A stretch of DNA of 64,000 nt from Sumerlaeia bacterium (GTDB taxonomy: Bacteria > Sumerlaeota > Sumerlaeia > SLMS01 > JAHLLQ01). Position 1 is the stretch's first letter. Each line of letters begins with the position of its first letter. Where the stretch lies: positions 32,001-96,000 of the forward strand of contig JAVJSW010000046.1 of assembly GCA_040219255.1 (NCBI GenBank), given 5' to 3'. The notes below the pieces were generated by a model. That model had not been told where the DNA came from, made no database searches, and saw only the letters and a list, made by a program, of their open reading frames with translations. The translations under genes were made by a program, and so were the position numbers. Below, piece by piece: positions 30,875 through 40,100 of this stretch.

Positions 30875-30925
30875 CCGCACACCGTTAAAACCCACAAGAA
30901 ACCCAGCGGTTAGTCACGCGACAGG
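30875..30925 (+). repeat. 51-bp direct repeat, copy 2
   Basis: CCGCACACCGTTAAAACCCACAAGAAACCCAGCGGTTAGTCACGCGACAGG; 47/51 identical to 27479-27529. Confidence 0.9.
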
Positions 30926-31016
30926 CCGCCCTCTTTTCCATACCTTAGGCGCACTTCAATTCCGGAGGCCACGTCCCATGACGCGCACCGCTCGCTACAC
31001 CGAAAATATTGTTTTA

Positions 31017-31131
31017 GCCACAGATGAACACAGATCTCGCAGATGGTGGGGCGCGGGTGGGGGAGGCACTGAGGGAGAAAAAGGGATCTCACAAATCCAA
31101 CCCATCTGCGCCCATCCGCATCATCTGCGGC
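31017..31131. repeat. Fold-back RCRGAT-unit element B
   Basis: Left arm GCCACAGAT-GAACACAGAT-CTCGCAGAT-G (31017-31045); right arm CATCTGCGCC-CATCCGCAT-CATCTGCGGC (31103-31131). Confidence 0.85.
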
Positions 31132-31172
31132 AAGAACCCTTCGTGCCTCCGCGATGCCATAAGGTGTGGAGA

Positions 31173-31838
31173 TCAGGTGGTTGCGAACAAACCTTCCTGG
31201 CGGCGCAAGTCTGCTTCGCGAAGAATAGTAAGGTATCTCTCTTCGAGCTGATTCGGCGAGATAAAAATCTCGTTATAGTGTCCGTCGAATTGGAAAGGAA
31301 TGTAACCCTTGATCAGAAATTGCCGAAGGTCGAACTGAGATGTGGGAATCTGAATATGATAGAAGAAGGTCTCCAGAGTGACTTTCTCTGGTTCGATTCG
31401 CAGAAATCCGTAAAGCTCATCACGGCAATCCTTGCCGAGCGGACTCTCCCCCCAGTGAGAGAGAACCACCAAGTCGGTCAGGTCGGGCTCAAGCCACCAT
31501 TCCGATTTTTTTCGACGGTACTCTTTCATCAAATCTTTACGAGCTTGGTAGTGAAATGCGGTCTTGGCCGGTTTGGCCTTATAGGTGAAATAAAAATACA
31601 TTCCGAGGGCCCCGCCAATCAATCCTGGCGTGAAACTACGAGTGGTTTCTTCGAAGTCGCCGGACCAAGCGGCGGGAAGGAGGTGGTTGAACAATGTATC
31701 CACAAAGGAAGAGAAAATGAGAATAAGGAGGACGCTGCAAAAGAAGTTGCTTCGGATGTCCCGCCGGGACGCCCGACCGCCCGACCATCGAGCCCAGCGG
31801 CTGGTTTTCTTCAATTCGTAGGCGAACGCCGTGTTCAT
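31173..31838 (-). CDS. Hypothetical 2-TM membrane protein (paralogue of 31835-32461)
   Basis: Two hydrophobic segments; shares LYGFLRI...LET..YH..IPT..FD with its neighbour; lower GC; ATGA overlap. Confidence 0.75.
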   Translation of the reverse strand: MNTAFAYELKKTSRWARWSGGRASRRDIRSNFFCSVLLILIFSSFVDTLFNHLLPAAWSGDFEETTRSFTPGLIGGALGMYFYFTYKAKPAKTAFHYQARKDLMKEYRRKKSEWWLEPDLTDLVVLSHWGESPLGKDCRDELYGFLRIEPEKVTLETFFYHIQIPTSQFDLRQFLIKGYIPFQFDGHYNEIFISPNQLEERYLTILREADLRRQEGLFATT

Positions 31839-32461
31839 GCGGGGCCCTCCGACATCGGCATCATCGACATCAGTCTCTTCCTCGCCCTGCCTTCCATGGA
31901 TATGTCGAAGACGCGGCGCCTCCCAGCGTACTCGAACCAGAGAGTACCTGTTTCAAGGAAGGAGTTGAAATCGAAGCGATCCGTCGGAATCCGGACGTGG
32001 TAGCTCGATGTCTCCAGGAAGAGAACCCCGTTCGCGATGCGCAGGAATCCATACAGACTCTTCCGGCCGGGAAGCGACAAGTCGATTTCCTTCGAACGAA
32101 CCGTCACCACCATATCGTCCGGACCGGGTTCAAAGAGCCAATGCGGCGCGGAGTCTTTGTATTCTTTCTTGAGGAAGAATCGGGCCATGCGCTCGATCAT
32201 TGGGTGGCCGGAAACATTGTCCACGAACGTGATGGCGGTCATGCAAAGGATAAGTAAAACAAAAAAAACATAGCCGTCTGTGATCCAATGCCATTCAAAC
32301 AGATCAGAAAGAAGATACGCTGTTCCCGAGAATAGCGGGGCAAAAAGTAGACCAAAAGCCAGGCTATACAGAGAGGTGATATCCCGTGTTGCCACCCCGC
32401 CATGCATCCTCCGCCCCCACCGGCTCGGCACCTTCTCTTCGCAAATAATCTCGGTTTCCAT
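31835..32461 (-). CDS. Hypothetical 2-TM membrane protein (paralogue of 31173-31838)
   Basis: AAGGA RBS before ATG at 32461; two TM helices; shared C-terminal domain; lower GC. Confidence 0.75.
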   Translation of the reverse strand: METEIICEEKVPSRWGRRMHGGVATRDITSLYSLAFGLLFAPLFSGTAYLLSDLFEWHWITDGYVFFVLLILCMTAITFVDNVSGHPMIERMARFFLKKEYKDSAPHWLFEPGPDDMVVTVRSKEIDLSLPGRKSLYGFLRIANGVLFLETSSYHVRIPTDRFDFNSFLETGTLWFEYAGRRRVFDISMEGRARKRLMSMMPMSEGPA

Positions 32462-32689
32462 GGCTGGGGGTCCTTGATGCGGGAAACTTTCCTTCAGCGG
32501 CAATATTATGCACCACAACATCAGTCGCGGCGCAATTCAAAACCACCCGAACCCCAAGACCTCAGCACCCACGGCCCGGACGCGTTCCAAATCCAAGGCC
32601 TCGACCAAACGCTGGTTCAACAGCGACCTGGGCGAGGACGGGATTCCGACGTGGGGGCCTCGATGTGGCGTGGCTGGTTTTCGATTATA

Positions 32690-32824
32690 GCCACGGATGA
32701 CCGCGGATGGCGCAGATGAGGGGTGGTTGGCGGGGGAGCGGGGCTGATTTCGCAGTGGATGAACCGTTATTCTTTTACCGCTCTCTTGCACAAATCATCT
32801 GCGCCCGTCTGCGTCATCCGCGGC
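32690..32824. repeat. Fold-back RCRGAT-unit element C
   Basis: Left arm GCCACGGAT-GACCGCGGAT-GGCGCAGAT-G (32690-32718); right arm CATCTGCGCC-CGTCTGCGT-CATCCGCGGC (32796-32824). Confidence 0.85.
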
Positions 32825-32831
32825 GAAAACG

Positions 32832-32857
32832 TCTTCGTGTCTCCGGGTCTCCGTGGT
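32832..32857 (-). repeat. Second-family 9-nt-unit arm (CACGGAG type)
   Basis: Reverse complement ACCACGGAGACCCGGAGACACGAAGA matches 56035-56060 at 24/26. Confidence 0.75.
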
Positions 32858-32878
32858 GGAACCTGAATAACCCAACGC

Positions 32879-34414
32879 CTACCCGCAGGCCTCCACCTCC
32901 ACCAGCACCGGCCCCGGCCACGCTCCTTCCCAGTCGATCTGCAGCTCGCGGGCGGGGGCTTGGGTGGGGGGGAGGTCGAGGAGGAGGGAGCCGTCGGCGC
33001 CGACGATGCCGCCCTCCAGGTATTCCTGGTTCGCGAAGACGGCGAGGCGTTCCAAGTCTTCTTCCTCCAGGGCCTCGGCGAATTGCAGGCGCAGTTGCGG
33101 CGCCGGGCCGGCGGGCAGCATGAGCCAGGCGCGGCGGGGGAGGGGGCGTCCGATGCGGCCGCCGGCCTCGACGGGCAGCGGCCACCCGCGATGGAGCGGC
33201 ACCGCGAGCGTGTCGTCGAGCACCACCAGCGGCGCCAGATGGGCGTTGGCATAGGCGCCGAGGGCCTCGCGGCGGATGTCGGCCATGCGCGACTGCCAAT
33301 CGGCCATCAGGTCGGCGGGCGAGAGACCCTCGCGGTCTTTGCCCTGGCGCTTCAGCGAGCGCGGTTTGTGGCGGTCGCGCCGAGCGTAGATGCTGATCCC
33401 GCACCCGAGGAACCGGGCCATCAGGAGCCCGGCGGGGCCGCTGAGCACGCGGCCGTCCCACCGGCTGAGGTCCGCCGGCAGTTTGAGCCGCCGCAGCGCC
33501 CGGGGCATGCGCCGCCCCAGTGAGGGCTGGAACACCTGCACCTGGATGTTTTCGAACCCCGCCCGCTTCAGGGCGTATTCGTATTCCGACCAGAGGCGCA
33601 TCTGCTCGTCGATGCCTTCCTGGTAATCGAGCGTGTCGGCCAGGTACTCGTGTTCGAGGTCGAAGCAGGCGCGGATGCATTCGCCCGCCGCGACGAATTG
33701 ACCACCGGGGCGGCAGACGCGCGCCATTTCTTTCAGCGTGCGGCGCAGATCCTTGACGTGGTGCAGCGACGACCGGGTGAAGACGACATCGAAGGAGGCG
33801 TCGGCAAAGGGCAGGTGCTCGCTGTCGGCGACCATGCGGGGAAAGGTGCGCTCTTCGGCTGTCATGGGGCGCTGGCCGCGATGGATGTCGAAGGTTTCGA
33901 AATCGAATTTCTCGTCCGGGATCAGGGAATAAAGGCGGGGCGAGGCCATCTCGACAGGGGAAAAATCCGCTGCGATGACGCGGGCGCCTCGCTGGGCGAG
34001 GCCGAGGGTGGTTTCGCACATGCCGGCGCCGGTGTCCAGGATCCAGGGCTGGCCAGAGAAGTCGATGCGCTGGACGGCTTGGTCGAAGTAGCGTTTCCAG
34101 ACCGCAAGGGCTTCTCGCACGGCTTCCTTTTTGAACCCGATGCGCTCGGGGGCGATCCAGCCGTCGGCGAGCTTTTCGAAGAAATCGCGGTAGCGAACGA
34201 ATTCGTCCATGAGCCGCGGCGTCGCCTTGTGCCAAGTCAGCAGCACGGGCACGCCGTCGCGAATCGGATAGCGTTCGCCGCAGGCTTCGCAGGCCAGGGC
34301 GCCATCCTCTTCGGCGAGGCGGCCCTCGCGGCATTTGGGGCAGCGGACGCGGCCGAGGGCTTCGGGGTGGGCGAGAATATGATCGGCGGGGGGCGGGGTC
34401 ATTGGCGTATCCAT
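32879..34414 (-). CDS. Class I SAM-dependent methyltransferase with N-terminal Trm112-like Zn ribbon
   Basis: CPKC...CEAC...YPIRDGVP; ILDTGAGMC motif I; LPFADASFDVV; SLHH; RPGG. Start at 34414 or 34402. Confidence 0.85.
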   Translation of the reverse strand: MDTPMTPPPADHILAHPEALGRVRCPKCREGRLAEEDGALACEACGERYPIRDGVPVLLTWHKATPRLMDEFVRYRDFFEKLADGWIAPERIGFKKEAVREALAVWKRYFDQAVQRIDFSGQPWILDTGAGMCETTLGLAQRGARVIAADFSPVEMASPRLYSLIPDEKFDFETFDIHRGQRPMTAEERTFPRMVADSEHLPFADASFDVVFTRSSLHHVKDLRRTLKEMARVCRPGGQFVAAGECIRACFDLEHEYLADTLDYQEGIDEQMRLWSEYEYALKRAGFENIQVQVFQPSLGRRMPRALRRLKLPADLSRWDGRVLSGPAGLLMARFLGCGISIYARRDRHKPRSLKRQGKDREGLSPADLMADWQSRMADIRREALGAYANAHLAPLVVLDDTLAVPLHRGWPLPVEAGGRIGRPLPRRAWLMLPAGPAPQLRLQFAEALEEEDLERLAVFANQEYLEGGIVGADGSLLLDLPPTQAPARELQIDWEGAWPGPVLVEVEACG

Positions 34415-34544
34415 TGCGACTCTGAGGCAAGGACAAGCCCACGAGCGGGCGAAAAGCAAGGGCGATGGGCCTGAAAATCCTTGCCCGGCCCGGTGCCCGC
34501 TTCGCACGGTTTCGCCTCGCCAGGACCCCCACGGAGATATCTTC

Positions 34545-35771
34545 ATGCCCTTCTTCGCCATCAAGAGCCGACACATTTTTTCCATGACGCTGCTCCTCGC
34601 CGCCGTCGCCTTTCTCGGCGCGGGCTGCAAACAGCAAACCCCCGAGGAGCGTTTCGAGGAAGCGATGACCTTGATGCAGGAGGGGCAGACGGCGCGCGGC
34701 GTCATCAAGCTCAAGGAACTGGTGCGCGAGTTGCCCGAGGACCCGGTGGCCCCCGCCGCGAACCTGCAACTGGCCCGTTACTACGTCCGCGAAGCCAACG
34801 CGAACAAGGCCCTCGAGCACCTTCAAGAGGTGCTCGAGGGCCGCGCCATCGGAGACCCCGCCGCCCAGGAAGCGATCCAGGGCATCGTCGCGATTCGCCT
34901 CCAGTTGCAAGACTACGACACGGCCCTCGAAGTCCTGGACTCCGCCGTCGAAGAAGCCGAGGGCATCGTCCGCGAGGACCTGCTGCTCCAGCGCGCCCAG
35001 GTCTTGCGCGCCATCGGGACTCAGACGGAAAACGAGGACATGGTGCAGCAGGCCCTGGCGGAGCTGCGGGACCTGATGCTGACCGCCGGGAACGAGGGCA
35101 TGCGCGGATCGGCCCGTGAAGAGTTGGCCCAGTATTATCGCCAGCGCGGCGACCTCGCCGCCAGCAACGAAGTCTACGACGCGTACATCGAGGCCTATCC
35201 CGGCGACCGCATCGTGACCCAACTGGAAATGGCCAAAGCCATCAATTTGCGCAACGCCGGCCAGCAGGAAGAAGCGGAAGCGGCCTTTGAGGAAGCGGCC
35301 GCCGCCATGCGCGCCGAGGCCGAAGGTGAACTGGATCGCGTGGCCCGGGGCGAGATGATGCTCAATCTGGCCCGTTACCACGAACTGATGGGCTACAATT
35401 CGGAAGCCCGTGCCATGATGGAGAAGGTGATGGGCGATAACGTCGGCACGATGCTGGCCCTGCGCACCCAATTCGATATCGCACGCATGGAAGCCCAATC
35501 GGGCAACCTGGACGAAGCGCAGGCGATCTACGAGCGCATGGTGAAGGACAATCCGAACTCGAGCGTCAGCGCCCAGGCGGAGCAAATGCTCGCCCAACTG
35601 AGCCAAATCCGAGCGCAGCTCGCCGCCCAAACCGATGCCACCACGGAAACCTTGACACAGGCGCTCGCGACCACCGGCACGCTCGGCGCCCTGGACGAGG
35701 AAATGCCCAACATGCCGGCGCTCGGGGGGGAAGACGCCGCCTCCTCGCCCACCGCCGAAGGAGCGATGTAG
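34545..35771 (+). CDS. TPR-repeat lipoprotein
   Basis: Lipobox GAGC; repeated helical TPR-like units (EAYPGD, KDNPNS); GGAG RBS. Confidence 0.8.
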   Translation: MPFFAIKSRHIFSMTLLLAAVAFLGAGCKQQTPEERFEEAMTLMQEGQTARGVIKLKELVRELPEDPVAPAANLQLARYYVREANANKALEHLQEVLEGRAIGDPAAQEAIQGIVAIRLQLQDYDTALEVLDSAVEEAEGIVREDLLLQRAQVLRAIGTQTENEDMVQQALAELRDLMLTAGNEGMRGSAREELAQYYRQRGDLAASNEVYDAYIEAYPGDRIVTQLEMAKAINLRNAGQQEEAEAAFEEAAAAMRAEAEGELDRVARGEMMLNLARYHELMGYNSEARAMMEKVMGDNVGTMLALRTQFDIARMEAQSGNLDEAQAIYERMVKDNPNSSVSAQAEQMLAQLSQIRAQLAAQTDATTETLTQALATTGTLGALDEEMPNMPALGGEDAASSPTAEGAM

Positions 35772-35775
35772 CCCC

Positions 35776-36945
35776 GTGCTGCCTTCAGAGGCGAATATTC
35801 CCGATCGTAGCCAACCGATCCGCATCGTAAAATGCCGCACGCCCCGGGCGGTCGATGTTTTTTGCGACTTCGTCTACAAACTGAGGGGAAGCGAGCCCCG
35901 ATGGGTGCCCCCGCTGCGGCGCGATCAGCGCACCCTTCTCGATCGACTCAAGCACCCGTTTCACGATCACGCCCAAGTCGAGTACTTCCTGGCCAAACGG
36001 GGCGAACGGATCGTGGGCCGCATCGCCGCCATCGAGAACTTCGCCCACAACGAAGTCCACAATGAGCGCATCGGGTTCTTCGGCTTTCTCGAAGCGGAAG
36101 ACGACGCGGAAGTCTTCGCCCGGCTCCTCGCCGCCGCCGAGCGATGGGCCAAAGCACGCGGCCTGACGGCACTGCGCGGGCCCTGTTCCTTCAGCACGAA
36201 CGAGGAGTGCGGCGCCCTGGTGGGTGGTTTCGATATCGAGCCCATCTTGATGATGGGTTATCATCATCGGTGCTACTCGGCCAACATCGAAGCCGCCGGT
36301 TATGGCAAAGCCGAGGACCTGCTCTGCTTCTGGGTCGATCGCTACACCGACACCGAGCGCCTGATGCGCATGGCGAGGTCGATGCGCCAGCGCATCGAGC
36401 GTTCCGGCCGCACCTTCACAACGCGCCCGCTGGACAAGAAAAACTTCGAGGCGGAGGTGCAACTGGTCCAGAAAATCTACAACGCGGCCTGGGAGAAAAA
36501 CTGGGGCTTCGTTCCCATGACGGAGAAGGAGATCGATTTCCTTGCGAAGGAACTGAAGCCCATCGCCACGCCGGAACTGATTCGCTTCGCGCTGCTCGAC
36601 GGCGAGCCGGTGGGCCTTGTGCTCGGGCTCCTCAATTACAACGAAGTCCTCAAATTCATGCGGGGCCGGCTGGGACCGAAGGAAATCGCCATGATGCTTC
36701 TGCTCAAGAGCCGCATCCGCAGCGCCCGCATGATGATGCTTGGCGTACTGCCCGAGTACCGCCGCCTTGGCATCGACATCCTCTTGATCGAGGAATTCGG
36801 CTACGCCTGTGAAAAGCTCAACATCTGGGGCACCGATCTCTCCTGGATCCTCGAGCGCAACACCGCCATCACCAAAGTCATCATCGCCTGCGGCGGGCGC
36901 GAATGGAAGCGCTATCGGCTTTACGAGAAGAGCCTGCTGGGGTAG
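35776..36945 (+). CDS. Tandem-GNAT acyltransferase, YghO/bacterial ceramide synthase-like family
   Basis: WVPPL, HPFHDH, GRIAA, GFFGFLE, LRGPCSFSTNEECG, YNAAWEKNWGFVP, LGVLPEYR, SWILERN. Confidence 0.75.
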   Translation: MLPSEANIPDRSQPIRIVKCRTPRAVDVFCDFVYKLRGSEPRWVPPLRRDQRTLLDRLKHPFHDHAQVEYFLAKRGERIVGRIAAIENFAHNEVHNERIGFFGFLEAEDDAEVFARLLAAAERWAKARGLTALRGPCSFSTNEECGALVGGFDIEPILMMGYHHRCYSANIEAAGYGKAEDLLCFWVDRYTDTERLMRMARSMRQRIERSGRTFTTRPLDKKNFEAEVQLVQKIYNAAWEKNWGFVPMTEKEIDFLAKELKPIATPELIRFALLDGEPVGLVLGLLNYNEVLKFMRGRLGPKEIAMMLLLKSRIRSARMMMLGVLPEYRRLGIDILLIEEFGYACEKLNIWGTDLSWILERNTAITKVIIACGGREWKRYRLYEKSLLG

Positions 36946-36979
36946 GGTTGCGGGGAGTGGCTGGCCGGCCTTTTTTTTA

Positions 36980-37124
36980 GCCACGGATAAACACAGATAG
37001 ACACAGATTCTTGTTTTGGTATCATCTGCAATCGGGCATGAAGCGATGGCGTCAGGGATAGAATTCAATCATTTTGCGATATTTCTGCTGGCCTTTTCCC
37101 GCTTCATCCGTGCCCATCCGTGGC
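36980..37124. repeat. Fold-back RCRGAT-unit element D
   Basis: Left arm GCCACGGAT-AAACACAGAT-AGACACAGAT (36980-37008); right arm ...CATCCGTGCC-CATCCGTGGC ending at 37124; AT-rich loop. Confidence 0.8.
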
Positions 37125-37155
37125 TTAACTCCTCCTCTGTGAACCTCTCGCCTGC

Positions 37156-40100
37156 GTGAACTCCGTGTCCCAAAGCCCCACCTGGAACAAAGCCCAAGCC
37201 CAAGCGATCCGCGCCCGGGGCCAGAACGTTCTGGTCAACGCGGGTGCCGGAGCGGGAAAGACCGCGACCCTCGTCGAGCGCGTGATCCAGTTGGTCATGG
37301 GCCCCGACGCCCACAGCCTCGATGAACTGCTGATCGTGACGTTTACAAAGGCCGCCTCGCGGGAAATGCGCGAGCGACTCGGAAAGGCCCTGCGCAAAGC
37401 TCTCGAAGCTGCCCGCCTCGACCCAGTCAAGATCGACCAAATCCCGCGCCTTCAGTCGCAGATCAACATTCTGCCCCGCGCCCAGATCAGCACCCTACAC
37501 AGCTTCTGCCTGAATCTGCTGCGCCAGCACGCCGGCGCCATCGGCCTCGCACCCGATTTCGAGGTCATGGCCGACGACGAAGTGCGCCTCCTGCGCCATG
37601 AAACCATCCAGGAGGTTATCGAGAACGCCCTCGCCGCGGAAAGCGATGGCGTGCTCTTCGATCTCCTGAGCCAACTATCGCCCGCTTCGGCGCCGGACGA
37701 ACTCCTGAAAATCGTCGAGAACACGATCGGTTTCCTCGAAGGTCTCTCCGACCCGCGCGGCTGGATCGACAGGCTGGCCCTGCCGTTCTACGATGAAGCC
37801 GCCGACGACGCGCTGCCGCTCGCCGAGACGCGGGCCGGGCGGATGCTGATCCCGATGGTGGAGGAGCCGCTGCGGGAGGCGTTGGCGCTGTATGAAGTTT
37901 TCCTGCAAGAACTCCCCGGGCAGCCGGAGAAATCATGGGCACAGGACATCGTGGCTCATTGCCTGGAGGCGCGCGAGCATCTTCGAGCGTTGCTGCGATG
38001 GGACGATGCCACGGCCGAACTCGCCGGGTTGGAGGAATCCGCGCCCCTTCCCGATCTCTGCGCTCTGCTCAAACTTCCCCCGCGGCGCAACGCGGGCAAG
38101 AATCCCGAACCCGCCACGGCCTATGTCAGCGTCGAAGGCGGCGTGTTGAAAGACGCCCTCGAACCGCCCGCCAAAGCCCTCTCCCAGGACTGGCTCCAGG
38201 AAGGCCAGACCCTCGCCCAGGTTCGCGCCGCCATCGCCGCCACCCGGCCCTACGTGCGGCTGCTGCTCGTCGATCTCGCTCTGGCCGCCAGCGATGCCCT
38301 CCTGGAAAAATGCCTCGATCAGAAGCGCCTCACTTACAGCCATCTCGAGTCTCTGACGCTTCGCCTCCTCGTCGGCGTAGACGGCGAACCGACGGCCGCC
38401 GCGCGCGACTTGCAGGCCGAAACGGCCTTCGTTCTCGTCGATGAGTTCCAGGACGTGAATGGTACCCAGGCCGCCCTCTTGAAAGCCGTCGCCCGCGCTG
38501 GGCGGCCGGATGCGCCACGGGGCGAGGCCGGAAACCTCTTCGTCGTTGGCGATGTGAAGCAGAGCATCTACCGATTCCGCCAAGCCGATCCGACTCAGTT
38601 CCAGGCACTCTACCGCTCCTTCGCGGATTTTTCCGAAACGGCCCGGGCCCACCCTGGCGCGCGGATCGACCTGCTGGAGAACTACCGCAGCGCCCCGCCG
38701 CTGCTTGAGGAACTGAACCGCTTCTTCGCCGCCCTCTTCAGCCCCCGCATCGGCGCTGTGGCCTACGATGCCCGCCAGGCCTTCCGCCCCGGCTTGCCCG
38801 AGCCCGCACCGGAAGACGACCGCGTCCGCCTCGCGGTTCATCTGCTGAATAAGGACGCCGACGAGGCCGATTTCGAAGACAGCGTCCAGGACCACGAAGT
38901 CAGCGATCGAGAAGCCGGCGAACAAGAAGCCGACGATCTGGAAGCGGGCGAACGCGAAGCCCGCTATCTGGTGACGCTGATCCGACGCCTCCACGAGACG
39001 GAGGGCGTGCCCTACAAAGACATAGCCGTTCTGGTCCGCTCGGCTTCCGGCTACGCCACCAAACTCGCCGAAGCCTTCAACGAATACGCCGTGCCGTTCT
39101 TCACCCAGGCCAACCTCGGCTTCCTGGCCCAGCAGGAAATCCAGGACGTCCTCGCGTTGCTGCGGGTGATCGACAACCCCTACCGTGACGTGTCGCTTGT
39201 TGGGGTGCTGCGCGGCCCGTCGGGCGGCTGGAGCGAGGACGATCTGGCGCGGCTGCGGCTTCTCGACCGCGACGGCCGCATCTACGACAACCTGCGCCTC
39301 GCGGCGGAACGGGACGCGCCTTCGATCGGCGATAAGGCCCGCGCCATCCTCGATTGCCTGGCCCAATGGCGCGAGGCCTCCAAACGCGAGAAAATGGCCG
39401 ATCTGTTCGCCCATCTCTACGACGAGCTGAACCTGCCGGAACGCCTCGCGACACTGCCCAATGGCGATCAGCGCCGCCTCAATCTCCAGTTCCTCCAGGA
39501 TCGCGGCGTCCAGTTCGACCGCTTTCGCCGCAAAGGCCTCGGCCAGTTCCTCCGCTTTCTTGAAGACCTGATCGAGCGCGACCAGGACCTCGGCACGCCC
39601 GCCGCCGAACCGGTCGACGACAACAGCGTCAAGATCATGACGATCCACGCCAGCAAGGGCCTCGAATTCCCCCACGTCTTCATCCCCTTCATCGGCAAGA
39701 AGTTCAACACGAAGGATCTGATCGGCAACGCGATCTGGGACCGCGAGACGGGCTTCGCGGTGAAGTTCTTCCCTGGCGCGAAGTACGGCGAGAAGCGCTC
39801 GTCGGCCGCTCCAGCGCTGCTGCGCAAGGCGCTGGAAGATCAAGCCCGTGGCGAGGAATTGCGCCTCCTCTATGTCGCCATGACCCGCGCCAAGCAGTCG
39901 GTGACGATGATCGGTACGGCCAAGAAAATGGCCGATGTCGTCTCGAAGCACCAGGAGGCATTGGCCGCCGGCGAGTCTCGCACGGGCCTGGAGAACGTCG
40001 AGGAAACCGCCGCCGCCAAATCGTTCCTCGATTGGACGCTACTGGCGCTGCGGGGCCGAGCAGAGTTTCTGGCGGTGTCGGCGGACACGCCGCAGAACGT

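Noticed and set aside
30978-32003. 341-aa plus-strand ORF
   Set aside because: Reads through repeat element B and lies antisense to the two paralogues, which are supported by mutual similarity; only its RBS and first ~12 codons look genuine.
29644-32824. Classical integron attC sites
   Set aside because: No RYYYAAC/GTTRRRY core sites and no IntI gene in the window; only the architecture is analogous.
32814-35840. 1008-aa minus-strand ORF
   Set aside because: Antisense to the TPR gene and out of frame with the methyltransferase; low-complexity Arg/Pro/Gly translation.
29644-37124. CRISPR array interpretation of the repeated GCCACGGATG motifs
   Set aside because: Copies are kilobases apart, form inverted pairs and are separated by whole genes; there are no regular spacers and no cas genes.
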